In this document: one piece after another, positions 1 to 14,588 of the stretch | Position numbering within the stretch: position 1 is the stretch's first letter | How the letters are laid out: every line of letters begins with the position of its first letter | Assembly: GCF_964355755.1 (NCBI RefSeq) | Contig: NC_092671.1 | Coordinates: forward strand, 11,222,001 to 11,286,000 | Direction of reading: 5' to 3' | Origin: Antedon mediterranea | Lineage: Eukaryota; Animalia; Echinodermata | Length of the DNA: 64,000 bases | Notes under the pieces: generated by a model | What the model was told of the DNA's origin: nothing | Database searches by the model: none | Seen by the model: only the letters and a program-made list of their open reading frames with translations | Position numbers and translations under genes: made by a program

Positions 1-3000
1 GATTTCTATAGAAACATTACTGATTGGTAAAGTAATAATTTATCTGAGGAGGCGCAATTTAAAGTAATTTCCAAGATTAGTTTGCATCTAAACATCAATA
101 ATTTAATTTGAAATATTTATTAAGGAGAAATAGATTTTTTTTAAATTAAGATTTCTACTCAAATACAAACAAAAAAAAGTAAAGAAAAAGATTGGGAAGT
201 CTGGAGAAGTATAAGATCAAAATAATAATACGATACATCTGTTTTGATAAAACGTTACAAGCTACAAATTAAAGTAATTTCGTTCAGCAAAAAATATCTA
301 CACAACCATTTCAAGCTGAAATTGCTATGAGATTTAATGTGTTTGATCAATACTTTGAAAAGTCTTTTTAGAAAATAGATTTATTGTTCATATGACTTGG
401 GCCATTATTTATTTATTTAAAATTCTTTATACTCGATGTGTATTTGAAACTGTAAATCTTTTAAACAAATTGGAAATGTGTTGTATCTGAATTTCCACAA
501 CTTCGACGAGGACAAATTATCTTGAAAAGGTTAAATATTGAATCTGTTAGATAAGTTTCAGCTGTAATTGGTTACTAAGTACTATAGTAAAGTATCTGGC
601 TTATTGATTAGAATTTTAATCGTCCAAAACACGCCACCTATCGACAATAAACTTTTTTTTGGAGGAATAAACCACGTAGCAGGTTTTGCATTACATTGTT
701 CAAATGTACATAGTTACCAGTATAAAAGCTGGCCGTGCTTTATCGGCAAATTACTATAAGTTATATGATTCTAGATATCGAATCACACTTTGATTCATGT
801 AATTTGAATGACGCCATACTATGAAAGTGTAGACAATTTACGACAAGACAATTTGAAACGGTTTGTCTGTTTGGAGATATGCGTGTTAAACGCAGTATCT
901 GAATGTAATATAAAAACAGATTATAACGGTAATTGTTTACTCCATGAGATGGTTAACCAATTCTCAATATAATATAAATAAAAAGATAATAATATTCTAT
1001 ATAACGAAACAATACAAGAAAAGGCATGTACAAATATTACCTTAGTTGTTTGAAAACGATGCTCAAAAGCATTTGCAAGCTAACAATTGCAAATTAAAAG
1101 TAGCCCCTCATCTGATGAAAGAAAAGAAAAAAATAATAATCTTGAGCCGCATGGGAAAACTGGTTCTTTAATAAAGTGTATTACCGACGTCAAAATAAAA
1201 AAACAAATTTGAAATAAATAAAGTAGAGTACTATATTTTCTGGCAAATATAGAACAAGCACATTTCGAAATGAAAAATGATCGTTAAATCAAGCAAGATA
1301 ACTAGTGCTATGTTAGCTATTCCAGACAAGGGGTGAATAAGATACATGGCTGTGATAAATTGTATCTGAAGTTTTATGTTTTAAAAATTGCCTATGAAGT
1401 TATATAGAATGACGTTGATCGATATTCAATCCGTATATAAATTGGAACTCACGGGTGATTTCTTCTAAATAGATCATATATGATGTAATATATGTCACTA
1501 AAATGTGTTATACCAAACAAAAATGCATGATATGGTATTAGTTTTATTTATATATTCATGTACTTTCTGCCTTTCCGTACTATTTCAAGTACAGTAATTT
1601 GCCAAATTACATATAATTTGCGTGAAATGAGATTTGTGTATTGGCATGGCTGCTACGACTTGAATACGAACATAATCATACGCACCGGAAATCATTCTCG
1701 GTTTTATTAGTACATTGAGTCGAAATCCAAAGAATGACCCATTGGTTTTACGTATTCTATAAAAAAAATGAAGAAAAAAAATCAGCAACTGACCAACCAA
1801 AATTAGCTATTACTTTTAAAAACGAAGTTCAATATCAACATTTTAAAATGATTTTTTTTAAGCAAACGATTTATTATAATGCAGTGCTAGGAGTGTAGGC
1901 CTAATTTTAAATTTTCATCGAAGTTGATGAATATGCATGTGATGTTAATTGTAATCATATCATACATAAAATACCCTTCAGACGATAACAATACGCTTTT
2001 CACATTATTGATTTTATACTTTTATCTTATGATGTTTACTTAAATTCAAAACGATCATGAGGCCATCAGAATCAAGAACGTCTGACATATGGAGTATTTG
2101 AGTAATGACCTAAGCGCATTAATGTTTAGTTTGGCATTCAGAAAATACAGTGAAATTATCGAGAAAAAAAAATATGCATTAGCCTCTTCTTAATGCATTT
2201 CAGATTAATAACCTAAATTAAAAGCATATGAACTTAGCAATGTTTTTTTTCTGCCAGGATATGAGCTACTCGTAAGATATCAATGAGTTTCGGTGTTTGT
2301 CAGAAACACCTCATCATCAACACTAATGCATTCATGTGCAATCACATCGATTATATGGCGTCGGCACATCATTAAAGAACAGGGTTATCTTAATAATTAC
2401 CTGCATTATTTGACATATCGTGTCGAGCGTTTTGTAATTTGAGTACATTGAACCTCATCTATCATTTTGTTGTATCACAAGTCATTGGACTTACACATAC
2501 TATGGCTGTACATTAAAGGTCTATTTGACTTACGCACAAAATGTACCGCAAATCACTATTATGTCATCTATTCATTACGCAACATTTTAACAGTGCGAAG
2601 CCTGTACATATTTTACAGTATCATGTAATAATCATTTATTGCAACTACACCTATAACAAACGAACGGTGGCATATGACCGGGATGCGATTTGATAGCTCA
2701 ATTCTTATGGATATGACTAATAAATATTCATGTTTATTTTGTGACGTTTCATGAGGGGTCCCCAACTTATGTACGAAAAGAAATATCGCGCCCGGGATAG
2801 CGATAATAGTTTGATACCCACTGGAATGACTGGAAACCCAACTCGACCTCCACCAGGATTTTGACAAAGTTGCGCTTCACTCCACTGTATATTACATACA
2901 TAGTATATTTCTTTTAAAAGTACGGTACAGACTGTTTGGTAAATTAAAGAGAGTCAAAATTCTGTGCTAAATCGTATCTATAAGTTTGTATTTAATTCTC

Positions 3001-4049
3001 TTGTTTTTTAATGCCACAATTAAATGAATTTATGTTGAAAGCTCAATTCATAAATTTTCTAATTAAGGATCATTTCGAAATAAAAACGCCCACCAACGGA
3101 AATTAATTTAAAAATTTCAAATCCAAGAGATTGTTTAAAGTGTTTATTGTGAAATTGAATAAATGTAACGTTCTCATTCTAGTGCTCGTGAGATTAGATG
3201 AATTCTAAAAGTTTCAAATTCCTTTAAAACAATTGGATTCGTTTTATTTTGATCGCGTCTATCTTCGCCTACGCGTTGTCGAATAAACCTAAATAAACAC
3301 AATGAGATAACATATGTTATAACCAAACCTCTTAATGGAACATTCTGTACCTTAGAGTGTGCCTCGGCTAAGGTGTAAATGTGCTAGATGTTCTCGTTAA
3401 CTTTAGTCTAAACATTATTCCTAAAAGTGTTTTTCCATTTGGTAGCCTACTTTTCCTGACGAACCATTAATATGTCCAACATTCTGCTAATTACACGTTG
3501 TTATTTTATTGCTAAAAATAACAAGAACGTCATTTTAAGAAAGAATTTTTTTTTTGAAAAAAGAACAGGCCTATTGGTTTTTTATTTGAATGATATATAA
3601 ATATTCAAATTAGGTTGGTTGTGAACTATACACAAATTATATATTATAAATAAAGTATAAGCGCTCAAAAGACCGAGTTACATATCTTGGCGGAATGGAC
3701 AGCCAACGGGGTGCACTATTTAATATTTCGGTCCATATTAAAATTTAAGTAGATCGAGATTGGTGACGTCATGAATGTATCGATTTTCTTGAATTATCAG
3801 TTGGCATTTTCATATTTTCTAAAACAATATTATTTAAAACAGAAAGACACTGTAACTTTAACATTGTTTCACCGTATCGTGCAAAAAAAATTATTTACAA
3901 GAGTTGTTCCACATGAAAAAGCAAACACATTATTGACAATGGATCTATCTAACTAAACTTACAACATAATTATTTATTTATTAAATTTAAATAAAAATTA
4001 ACAAGAATATCAAAATATTGCTCATTTGATATATTGTGCATTTGTCTTA

Positions 4050-4196
4050 AGCTCTCTCTACACCATCACACTTTCTGTGACAAAAAAAATGTGACTTGCC
4101 CACAGACATGATGATGTCATTATATCACTACCAATCAAACTAGTTTGATATGGTAGTGATATACCTAAAATGTCATTTATGTGGTAGTGATATGAT
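4050..4196 (+). mobile_element. MITE family A (PIF/Harbinger-like), rearranged copy lacking a normal right end
   Basis: Starts TTA|AGCTCTCTCTACACCATCA and matches the left half of the intact copy at 56630-56769. The right part is replaced by a palindrome at 4121-4163. Confidence 0.75.
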
Positions 4197-4230
4197 AAAA
4201 ATAAAATAAAATGGAACCACTGCGTATTTT

Positions 4231-4860
4231 CTTTCACTTCATTTCATTTATTTCAATATCGCCATCGCAGCCTTAGCTGAATTACAAAGATATTTAATTA
4301 TTCTCAATATTAAAATTTGTATAAACGTATAACACCAATGGTAATTATATATAAAAAAGGATGCAATTGACAACAGAAATACTATAGGCCTACAGGAAAT
4401 TATAAAAGTTTAGCTTAAAATAGTAAAATTAAAAAAAAACCTTCTATAAGGACCAATAAGAATAACATTGACATTAAAAATAGTTAATAAAAGGAAACAA
4501 AAAAACTGTCCTGCGCTGAATATTGGGTGATGATGGATGTTAGTCCTATGAAACGTTTTAATTGCACACGAGGTGTTTAAACTCTCTACATTATCAACGT
4601 GTCCATACGAAACAAACCATCACTTAAAAATCTAGCCAAATGCTATCTGTAATCAGAAAATTGACATTCGAACCCCCAGTTAATATAAATTTATTGCGTA
4701 AAATATTTGTGTATAAACATTACAGTAGTGTTGTTAATGTGTACATGTATAGTCTAGTAATGTACCAAGACTTACTGAAGAGAGAAAAACCATAAATCTC
4801 AATTAAACAAACTGCCACTAGCAGGTCGACATAATAACAGTTTAGAATATGTGAACAAAC
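4231..4860 (-). mobile_element. Degraded non-LTR retrotransposon (L2/CR1-group-like) 3' remnant
   Basis: The minus strand ends AATAAATGAAATGAAGTGAAA, an AATAAA plus TGAAA-type tail also seen at 55399-55419. Upstream coding similarity is faint and the 5' boundary is uncertain. Confidence 0.35.
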
Positions 4861-6128
4861 TGAGAATTATTATGTTTTCACACAATGCATTAACGTTGGT
4901 TTTGTATATATACTGCTGAATGTATCTTATGCACATCTATACTGACTCTTACTGTTTCATGCTATCATGCTATATATTTCTCTACTCTATTTCTCTCTAG
5001 GATCAAATTAATAAATTGATTTTTTTCTTCTTCCTAATCGGAGCGAGTTTCAAATTAAAAAGTATAAAGGTTCATTTACACTATAGGGCGCGCGATTAGG
5101 ATCGTCGATAAAAAGATAAATATATGCATTTTTCATACATAAAACAAAAGAATTTATAAAAATGTTCCTAGAACTATAGGATTATCATCTATGCTACTGC
5201 ACACGTCCAATCAAAATGACGTCATGATTTGTAAGAGCAGTAATATCGTGACAATGCAACAATGTTATTGTTTTAATTGATCATGACGTCATTTGATTTG
5301 ATTTAAAAAATTATTTTGGTCCCGAACTTACACTATCTATGCTTCTAAAGTAGACTTAAATCCTCTATTACTTTGTTTTCTTACTGAATCTTAATTGCTT
5401 GTTTTATTTTTAAATTTTAAGAAATTCACTCAGCTATAATGACTTTTCGACTCGATTGCTGCTACTTTAAAAGACAAATACAAATAAATTACGTGTCCGT
5501 CGTAACAGACGAGGTGAATTTATAGGTATATTCTTAATTATATACTTGTTAATAACTGTTTAAACTACACAACTCAGATTAGGCCGTTTTGTTCAGGTGT
5601 CTTTTGTGTTTGTAGGTTGTGTCACGTAAAGTGAAACACATTCGAATTTGATGTTCTACGGCTAATGTTGATTGGCGACGTCACATTTCTGTCAAATTAT
5701 TAAAAACATGGTGGGATCAACGATGTATTTGTCGCATTATTACGTCACAACCAACGGTTCGTTTACAAGTTAATTGCCAAATCATGCGATACAGCTATAT
5801 AATGTCCACTTTTGAAAATTATCATGACAAGCCGTGCTTTTAAAATAAATCTTTTCCTCTCTTACACAATTTTATGTAAGAAAAAATGATATGATCAATG
5901 AACTGGAAATTAAAACTCTGTATTTTTAAGCATACGTCTATCCTATCATTACCATGCATAATTCATATACTTTTCAATATTATCTCTTTAAAGTAGTCAT
6001 TTATAAAATGAATGACAAAGAATAATTAATAAAAGTGTTTGAATCCTATAAACAAACTTTGCGAATGGTCTGAGCTGAGAGCAGAAACAATTTATTACAT
6101 TAAATGTTTGTTTCGAACACCCATCCAC

Positions 6129-6942
6129 GACATGGACACATAGCGTGTGACTATGGACACATAGCGTATGACTATATGAACACATAGCGTGTGACTATGG
6201 ACACATAGCGTGTGACTATGGACACATAGCGTATGATTATATGAACACATAGCGTGTGACTATGGACACATAGTGTGTGACTATGGACACATAGCGTGTG
6301 ACTATGTACACATAGCGTGTGACTATGGACACGTAGCGCGTGACTATGGACACATAGCGTGTGACTATGGACACATAGCGTGTGACTATGGACACATAGC
6401 GTGTGACTATGGACACATAGCGTGTGACTATGGACACATAGCGTGTGACTATATGGACACATAGCATGTGACTATGGACACATAGCGTGTGACTATGGAC
6501 AGATAGGGTGTGACTATGGACACATAGCGAGTGACTATGGACACATAGCGTGTGACTATGGACACAGCATGTGACTATATGAACACATAGCGTGTGGCTA
6601 TGGACACATAGCGTGTGACTATATGGACACATAGGGTGTGACTATGAACACATAGCGTGTGACTATGGACACATAGCGTGTGACTATGGACACATAGCGT
6701 GTGACTATATGGACACATGGCGTGTAACTATGGACACATGATCGTGTGACTATGGACACATATTGTGTGACTAATGGACACATAGGTGTGACTATATGGA
6801 CACATAGGTGTGACTATGGACACATAGCGTGTGACTATGGACACATAACGTGTGACTATGAACACATAGCGTGTGACTATATGGACACATATCGTGTGAC
6901 TATGGACATTTAGCGTGTGACTATGGACACATAGCGTGTGAC
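6129..6942. repeat. Minisatellite, 21-bp unit GACTATGGACACATAGCGTGT (23-bp variant with extra TA), about 38 units
   Basis: Directly visible tandem array. It explains the 7-aa periodic ORFs (HSHTLCV / CDYGHIA) in the ORF track. Confidence 0.97.
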
Positions 6943-8169
6943 AACGTCCAGCGGACGCTAAATCTATCGAAGCCAAATCATCATATAAATATTTGCTTTT
7001 GTAAATTAAATAACATTCAAATTAAAATGATAAAACATTAAAAAAAGGTGTTATGTATAGGCCTAAATTAATTGAGAGAGGGAAAAATATAAAATGGTTT
7101 TGGCAAACTGTTCTAGGTAGCACTCTTAGTTAGTATATGATATCTTTGGGTTAAAAAAAAAGATCAAGCGATTGCGCTTTGCAATTGTGACATTTAGCCA
7201 TCGGTTCACGTACGGGTTACTTACCGAAAGATTAGTTATTTTGATAAGCTTTAAAAGTAAACTGACAGTACTGAATAGTCAAATTATTATAAATAAATCC
7301 CTTTTATCATGGCGCTTTAGTCGGTTTAATGCACAAAGTAATAACATTAATGTATTGATTAAGCCATACAGGCCTAGGCCTATTTGTTTTAGTACAGTAA
7401 ATCTTTTTCCATCGCGTGCCAAAAAACAAATTGTGAAAATTCAAAAACCATTGAGATTGAAGTTTTTCAGATATATAATCGGTACACAAAATCTCTAACA
7501 GAAAGAAATAAAGACGAAAAAGAAAGATTTATATAATAACAATAAATATGTGTATTTTATCACCTAAAAATATCCAACCTTGATTGCACTAGAAACGTTG
7601 CAAGAATATATTATTTCACTTAGTGATACATTTTTCAGGGGTATATAAGTTGAACGTAGGCCTATATGCCTAAATTACTAATTAGGCCTAATATCAGAAA
7701 GTATAATATACACAAGTATAACAGAACACTATAAAAAAAGTTTACATCAGTAAATTGACGGACGGCTCCTAAGTTCGAAATTAGAGTAACACAACAACAA
7801 CATTTTAAAATTGGAATAAGCGCTTCGCAACACGAGAAACCATAGGATTCCTTCCAAGTATTGGTTCGCAATCATCAATCAAATATAAAAACACTCGAAA
7901 CCCACAAATAGCCATTTGTATCATCAGTCAATAACAAGAAGCCCTATATATTCTAAATGTCACAGTATTCGGTCATTATTCAAGAAAAAGCTTGGGATCT
8001 GATACAATATTTCCAAGTAACCGGAGCCTAGATTTCTCGAATTTCAATATAAAATAATCACTGGCTATTATTTTAATATGAAAGTTATATATCCAGTAAC
8101 TTGAACTTCTTTGTCTTTTATTCCTGAGATTCATTGCGCATGACGCGTGGTTCTTTCTCCGCTGACTAA

Positions 8170-8291
8170 ATCTCTGTCTACACTATAAAACTAAAAGTGT
8201 GATATGCCCAAATATGGTAGTGATATGACATCATCGTGTCCATATAGGTATGGGCACATCACATTTTTTTGTCACATACAGTTTGATAGTG
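8170..8291 (-). mobile_element. MITE family A copy, right end eroded
   Basis: TAA|ATCTCTGTCTACACTAT...GTGCC/TGATATGACATCATC...AGTTTGATAGTG; reverse-orientation match to 56630-56769. Confidence 0.8.
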
Positions 8292-11200
8292 GACCGAAAG
8301 TAAATAACTGATTTCACAATACAAAATCAAACAAATGTACACGATTCTCAGAGTGCCCAGTATCACATGCATATTCGGTAATACAGCATCTCATGTGCAC
8401 ATGTGGTTAGGTTAAGTGTTATGATCTATGATAATAGGCGCGTATTCCCAAATATTCCTATGATCTGGAGAAATATAGTAGTTAACTTGGTAGAGCATGT
8501 GAAAGCGTTTCGGTGCCACATCAATGTAAAGTCGGGGATGTATAATATGCCCAATCGATACCTGTAAAAATCACGTAACATCGGTGTAACGATTGTATTT
8601 AGGCATTATGTGAGGTTTTACAAGTCGCTTACTTACATAACGCCGTGACAAACTAGGTATGTATACTCGGTAAGATTATCCCAGGAGATATAAATGTGAC
8701 AATGTTACATTATGTTACTGCTGTTGTACGTGTGAATCGGCTATTATTCAGATACTTATTTTCATCAAATTTAATGTCATATATTAAAAACAAATTGTTA
8801 ATCAAATTTTACATCACGCTTTATAATCAATTTACCGAGAATAACACCTTTATCGACATATTATCAATAAAAAATACAAAACATGAATTAATTAATTTCA
8901 ACAGTCGGGTAATAATTCTCTATACCAACTGTTAATCTTCAGAATTTTCCCTCATGAAATGTTTATTCTTAAACATACGAGGAATGCACATACTATATGT
9001 CTTAACAACATACATATTTAGTATTTGCTTTTTATTGAACAACCACAGATTATAGTGTTTAAATTGCTGTTAGCGTGTTTGTTTTGAAGTTTGCACATTT
9101 TGATATATTTGTTTTTTGTTTTTAATGATTGAAAAATGATCGGATTAATACAATAGGAATTAGCATCTTTATTATAGATATTCGCAGAATGTGAAAAGCG
9201 ACATCAATAATCAATATGCATAGGCATATCTTAGTACGACCAGATAAACTCTATAATAACGTATATACAATGATTGATACGATACTGTCCACAATTGAAA
9301 AAAAGGACGAATACAAAAAAGTAATGAAAAAAGAGGGTATAATTTTGTGCTTTTCCCTCAAAAATATAAACGAATAAGTAAGGTCTACAATGAACATTTA
9401 CATGATTTACTGATGAATCTGAATTGAAAGAAGGCCTACAAAACATGTTTTGTATCTTGTTAATAATTTTATGAATAAATTGTGTGTAGCATTTGGTATG
9501 CTACTGTAGAAAGTGTTACATGAAATAGCAGCTTAAATAATATAATATAATATATTATATCAAAATAGTAGAATGTGTTATTATTTAATTCTGTAATATT
9601 TTTTTTAATTGCTGTGCTTTGATTGCTAAAAGTAGGATACGGTGATCAGTACACATCTAAAAATGCATCTCAATACATTGCCCCAATGGCATGTTTTTCT
9701 ACAATAAATGTACACAATATATATAAATATTTATTTATTGCGTACGGTACTTATTACTATTTATGCACTTGTTGAAGTGGGACTACTCCAAGGATACCAT
9801 AAAGAAGCTATTAGTAGTATTTTATATTCCATTTAAGTTTACATCTAATGACAATATACCTGGTAATTACAAGGTGGAACATAAGTGATGTATATAAACT
9901 TAAGTAGCCTGTAATTGCTATAGCTTGCTTGGGTAGAAATGTTACTTTTAAACATAATATGCTATCCAAGACGGCTTCGGATCTCAGAGATACAATGTTT
10001 ATGCATGTTTCATATACCATACGACCTACTTATAGACAATATAGAAGAAGAATACAATACTCCCAAATGCAAATGTTCAACTTGCTAAGGTTGAGGACAA
10101 AAATGAAATTGTATATAATATAAATAAAAATATTGAATAATATTGACGTATAATAGTAATCCATGCAAATTTGCATTAACATTTGATTGATGAACGCTGT
10201 TTCTTTATGGGCTCACTGTGTGAACGGGCGCCTATCAATGATACCACACGTACGTACAAAATATAATTGTTTGTACGCGTGCGTAGTTCCTCGTGTCACA
10301 CCGACGAATGAATTGTTTGGAGAACGGAAGTAAAATTATCGTGCGGTCATTCCGTGGCAAAACAACGTAACTGTGATCATTTGTGGTAAAAAGAATTGAA
10401 TTGAGTTACGTGATTTTGCCTTGAAACGTTCGAGTAATGTACTTGTACCACGTGATTGATAAAGCTGTCTTGATAAAACCTTTTAAGTTATAATTTATAG
10501 GAGCATATAACCTAACGATTGTTAATTGGTGTTGAACGATTGTGTAATCGGGTGCGAAAATGTATATTTTCAACCATTGTTACCTTTTAGTATTTCTATA
10601 AACTGATTTATGGCGAAGTTAATTTTAGGAACAAACCATTTTAAGTGTAGGTTAATTTCCGTAGCATATACTAACGAGTCACTCATTTCATTTTGCAGAC
10701 GACGAATAGATACATTTATGGGTGCACTCGAGACGGAGCTAGCTTCCTGCTAACCGTTGATTGCAGAACGGCGATATAATAACCGTCTTACGCAAACATC
10801 ACGCAGTTTACTTCGAGACGCCACACGAAGCACATGTTCTCGAGTTTATAGAGAGCAATGATAACACTGTTTTTGTTTATACTAAAACATCAACAAACGT
10901 GAATGAACGTACGTTTCAACTGAATGCCAATTACGTGCACTTTTAAGCAGCACTCATTGAGCGCAACATTAAACAGGTAGGACTTGATCGTTATTCTTAA
11001 AATATGTTTGCCAATGACCGTTTCTTCTTTTACCTTTAATTGATATAGGCCTAATTCAAGGATTAACAACACATTATAATGTGTCTTGGGTTCAATAATA
11101 CTTACGCTCAATAAATATATTTGCCTATACTATAATTATTGTCACTTGAAAAGACTTGACAAAAAAACAGGAGGCCTATTAGTAAATAATGATAGCAGAA

Positions 11201-12030
11201 AGGCTAAATTAAAACCAGACTTAGGCCTATAGATAGGAATATGCAGGTATGGATATGCAATACCATATTTGATAATTATTATGGTAATATTTTTTTACCT
11301 GTAATATCAAGAATTGAAAATTACCCGATTATCGCACGGTATTGTGTCTAGAGAAAATAAACAAAATCGGCAGTTTATAATTATAAAATATCGAAATTAG
11401 GTCTACTCAATATGCCCACATTATAGTGGGCGATATTATTATTCTCGATTAAACTTTTCGTTAGTTCTAAAAGTTTATTTAGATTTATTCATTTCAAGTT
11501 TAAATAATGAAAATGGATTCTAAAAATCCCGCTGATTGTTTCGTGGAAATCTTAAGTGTATTACTCCTCCGCAGAAAAAGATTCATAAGGCATTTTCTAG
11601 GGAAAAAAACACATTTGTAATGATTGAAAAAAAAATATTATTTTTATTATGAACAATAATCCATGAAGGGATGAATTTCAACTAAGAATTGCAGTAGGTA
11701 CTCATTCACCAGTACAATTTATATTTATAATAGCCTAGGATTTACATTAATGCTGGATAGGTGATAAGTTGCTTAGGAACGATATTTGTGGTGCAGCTTT
11801 TGCAGACTAAGTCATACAGTCATGGTCAAGTGTATGTATATATATATATTTAAAGATCTCTGTCTCTAAAGTCAAATACTGCACACGGTTTCATATTAAT
11901 CTTAAATTGATCGGTTGACATTGCAAAACATTTCCCATTGAAAATAAATTGCGCTTCTGATCGAAAAATAGCGACAAATTACTGTATCTGCATACATGAA
12001 GGTTGGCACTTAAAATTGATTCCATGTTAA

Positions 12031-12158
12031 AGCTTGGTTTCTTCTAGACAGTTGACCAATGACAAGCGACGGTTCCAATAATCCATCGCTTGTGATTGGT
12101 CAAATAACTAACGTTGCGCTTACGACGTCCTTGTTGCGTCTGTAGTGGGAACCAAGCA
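12031..12158 (+). mobile_element. MITE family C (PIF/Harbinger-like; TIR AGCTTGGTTCCCACTAG)
   Basis: TAA|AGCTTGGTTTC...CCAATGACAAGCGA...CATCGCTTGTGATTGG...GTGGGAACCAAGCA|TTA; homologous to 48639-48816. Confidence 0.8.
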
Positions 12159-13772
12159 TTAGATGGGTTGGCCAGTAGTGTTGAAACCATATTTAATACC
12201 TCTCGTTCGTAATTTACCATCAGCTCAAGACCCATTTATTTTCGTTAATTTAAATATTAGTTTTCGTTGATGGTTGCCTGTTTCTTCAGTTTTACTTGAA
12301 CAGGAGGTGCCCGAGTCCTGAGAAAGCCGGGACTCAAATGGCGGTAACCGTAAACCTAGTTCATTGGTTGCCACTTGGACGCAAGGTTTGACCAATCGAC
12401 GCGGTGCATCACCTGGACTGTTATCTGTGATTGGTTAACACGATTTGAGACAGTCGTTTTTCCCTTAACAAATCCATAACTATTATTAATCGTTAGTAGG
12501 CTATGGACAATAATGACAGTGATCCACAGTGCATGCTTCCTAATACAATAAAATAAAACCAGTAACATTGAAATGTACTGTATCAACTTTGTATTGTTAG
12601 TTTTCTTCGAGAAATACTGCAAAAAGATTTCCATAGAACAGAAGTTTATTTTGTATTTTCTGATGCTGGATGGACCACCCTCATAAAATATTGTTGAAAT
12701 AAAATAAAAATAAAATAACACCATTAATTCACACAAGTTTTTAGGTTAAATTTGGTGAGATTGCAAATTGATTGTATACGGTATTCCAAGATACACATTA
12801 TCCGTATAAATAGAGAAGAAAAGTAGAATCTCAGATTCATATATTGCCATTGACTCCACTATTGATATTTCCTAATTGTTTATCTTTATTTAAATCTAAA
12901 ATTAAGAATTCGAGTCGATGTTGATTGCGAATTGAAAAAAAAAGAAAAAAGATGTTGATTCACGAGAATCAGACTGGAAATACAGGCTCAACAGTTAAGG
13001 ACAACCAATTCTTTCAGTAACAAAGTCGGTATTCCTGCAGAGCTATTTCAGACCAGTTTTTTTACATTATGAATGAAAAGCCCTTCTATAGGCTCGATTT
13101 GTGAAATGTTTTTTAAAACATACATACATCACTAGAAAAATACCATTTAAAGGCACATCAATTAAATCAGAAGTCTTTGAGACGCCAAGATACATCTATT
13201 AGCTATTTAGAGATTTTCAATAATTATACTAATGCTTTAATGGATTCTAATTTGAGGTCGTACGATAATTCTCTCTTGATATTTAATAAATTGTTAATTG
13301 TTAGTAGAAACGGCATTTTCATCGCATTAACCTGAATCAATCTTGAACTTTAATTGATTTTGAATTTTTAAAATACACAACAAAGTAGATTGTGATTAGA
13401 ATGATTATAATCACTCTTCAACTTATTGACATTCAATCCAAAAGAAATTGCACCTTTAAAATTTAGCAAATATTATCTCCCTATGCCTAAGTATTTTATT
13501 GTTTTATCTGTAGACACTGTGTGGTATTTAATGAACTGACACTTACAGTTTATGCGTGTTTAATGATTCGATCTAAAAACCGTCAAACTAATTATTTATT
13601 TGTAAAACGCAAATTACCGGTACTGACGAGTTTACGATCAAAGACATGCACAGCATGTACAAAATATGAAAAAAAATATATGTTTAACCACAGATTATCG
13701 TTTAAAACCCATTGTGCCTAGGTGGCAGGATTCGAGTGTTTATATGACCACAGTGTGTATAAGGGTCATGAC

Positions 13773-13929
13773 CAGAGGGTGTAACGGCTATGAGCGCTCA
13801 CTGTCTAAACCCTCTGAGCAGTGGCCAGAGAAAAAAAAACAGGCATTAAAATATGTCGGAAAAGGCTAAGAACGCCTCTAGCGTTGGAGGGCCACATCAG
13901 GGGCCTCAGGCCTTTACGTTACGCTATTG
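13773..13929 (-). mobile_element. hAT-type MITE with perfect 8-bp TSD
   Basis: GTCATGAC at 13765-13772 and 13930-13937. Degenerate CAGTGGCGTAACG-type TIRs. Reverse-complement homolog of 51662-52043. Confidence 0.85.
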
Positions 13930-14327
13930 GTCATGACGTAAACATGGTAACGTGTAAATAGAGAAGAGTATTATTTTCATTTATCTGTACAGTACAATTT
14001 TAAATATACAATATGTATAATGTATCACTAATTATTTTATCAATGGTTCTATTATAGCTCCATATGTATAGAGTCTATTTACCTTTATGCCAAATTTGTA
14101 TCTATATTGTTTTAGGAATGACAGAATTAGTTATACTATTATACTTTTATAATGAGAAGAAATTACAATAAAGGTGGGTGATTCCCACGAAAGATAAAAA
14201 AGAGAAGAGTATTACAATTAAACATCATCATCATCATCATCATCAGTATTCCCATCTTTATTATAAAAAGATATTCATAAAAGCAATATAGTAGCAGTAA
14301 TTATCAAATATGTATTGTCCCACAGAA

Positions 14328-14588
14328 AAGATTAATTAAATCAGACTTTGAATAAGTTATTTTGTAGTTTTATACAGTTAATCACTTCCGTAGAAAAAAA
14401 TAAAGAAAACAAAATGTTGTGTTTTCACTTATAAAACGACAAAATAAATGATTAAATTCAAACAAAATTGGCAGCCAATTTGACTATATTTTGCTTTAAA
14501 TTACAGTTTTTTAGGTAAATAATAGTTTTCTTTAATTCAATTTTTCAAAAAGTGGATAATTATTATGTGACATTAAAATAGCATATTA
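14328..14588 (+). repeat. Interspersed repeat family E, copy 1 (unclassified)
   Basis: AAGATTAATTAAATCAGACTTTGAATA...TTAATCACTTCCGTAGAAA...TTTTCACTTATAAAA...AAAATAGCATAT is shared with 29460-29696 (+) and 28923-29133 (-). Confidence 0.85.

Noticed and set aside
6129-6942. Repeat array as a CRISPR locus or His/Cys-rich repeat protein
   Set aside because: Units are contiguous with no unique spacers and there are no cas genes. ORFs occur on both strands and shift frame at TA variants, as expected of a non-coding minisatellite.
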